This document shows positions 63,650-64,000 of a stretch of DNA of 64,000 nt, one piece after another. The DNA is taken from the NCBI GenBank assembly GCA_963743915.1, contig CAVURN010000005.1:288001-352000 (forward strand), read 5' to 3'. Every line of letters starts with the position of its first letter. Positions within the stretch are counted from its first letter, which is position 1. A program made the translations under genes and the position numbers. The notes under the pieces are model-generated. The model had not been told where the DNA came from, did not search any database, and was given only the letters and a program-made list of their open reading frames with translations. Source of the stretch: an uncultured Actinomycetota bacterium. GTDB taxonomy: Bacteria > Actinomycetota > Actinomycetes > JAHEKZ01.

Positions 63650-64000
63650 CGCTCCCCCGCGTACTCCGCGGACGATGTGGCCACGCATGGCGCTCGCCGT
63701 CGCGCTGGGTGCGGCCGGGCTGGTCCTGGCGTTCGTCGTCGGCGACAGCGCTCCCCGCACGTCCGTCGAGGGGATCCCGACAGCCTCGTTGACCGTGCAG
63801 TGGGGGCTCCCCCTCGTCCGCACGCTCATCTACCTGATGGCTGCCATGACCGTCGGGCTGCTGCTTGCAGCGGCCGCCCTGCTGCCGTCGGCCAAGGACC
63901 TGCTGGCGACGGCGTCCGCACGGGCGGCGAGGCTTGCGTCGTGGGCGGCCTGGATCTGGGCGTTGCTGGCGTTGGTACAGCTCGTCCTCGCCTACGCCGA
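63633..64000 (+). CDS. CopD/CtaG-type membrane protein, N-terminus (runs off window)
   Basis: Manual translation GIP....T.QWGLPLVR...TVG.LL.AA; directly after copC; start uncertain. Confidence 0.6.
   Translation, partial: MVAKVDAPPRTPRTMWPRMALAVALGAAGLVLAFVVGDSAPRTSVEGIPTASLTVQWGLPLVRTLIYLMAAMTVGLLLAAAALLPSAKDLLATASARAARLASWAAWIWALLALVQLVLAYA

Overview
High-GC actinobacterial chromosome segment. It carries the conserved core region pmt-rsmI / metG-tatD-rpfB-rsmA-ispE / tRNA-Gln-glmU-prs-rplY-pth / mfd-mazG-eno-divIC-DUF501-ppx / udgB-ndh-tRNA-Leu(UAA) / cbs-metB-greA-mca. Accessory insertions include (i) a methyl-accepting chemoreceptor with a sigma28-type promoter and a codon-skewed signalling module, (ii) a small ECF-sigma/VOC/YciI patch, (iii) a surface-glycan locus between mfd and pth (PKD surface protein, APH-like kinase, two sulfotransferases, split Alg14/Alg13-type GT, GT2, secreted GH26-like hydrolase, plus a paralogous hydrolase between rplY and prs) and (iv) tryptophanase coupled to a FetAB-type ABC pair. 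Several intergenic regions contain recognisable operators (TetR-, TamR-, BldD- and FtsR-like), a structured rplY leader and REP/REPIN-like palindromes. About 11 genes contain single-base frameshifts, most likely long-read consensus errors. No CRISPR array, integrase, transposase or prophage was seen. All calls were made by eye from motifs; no database search was run.
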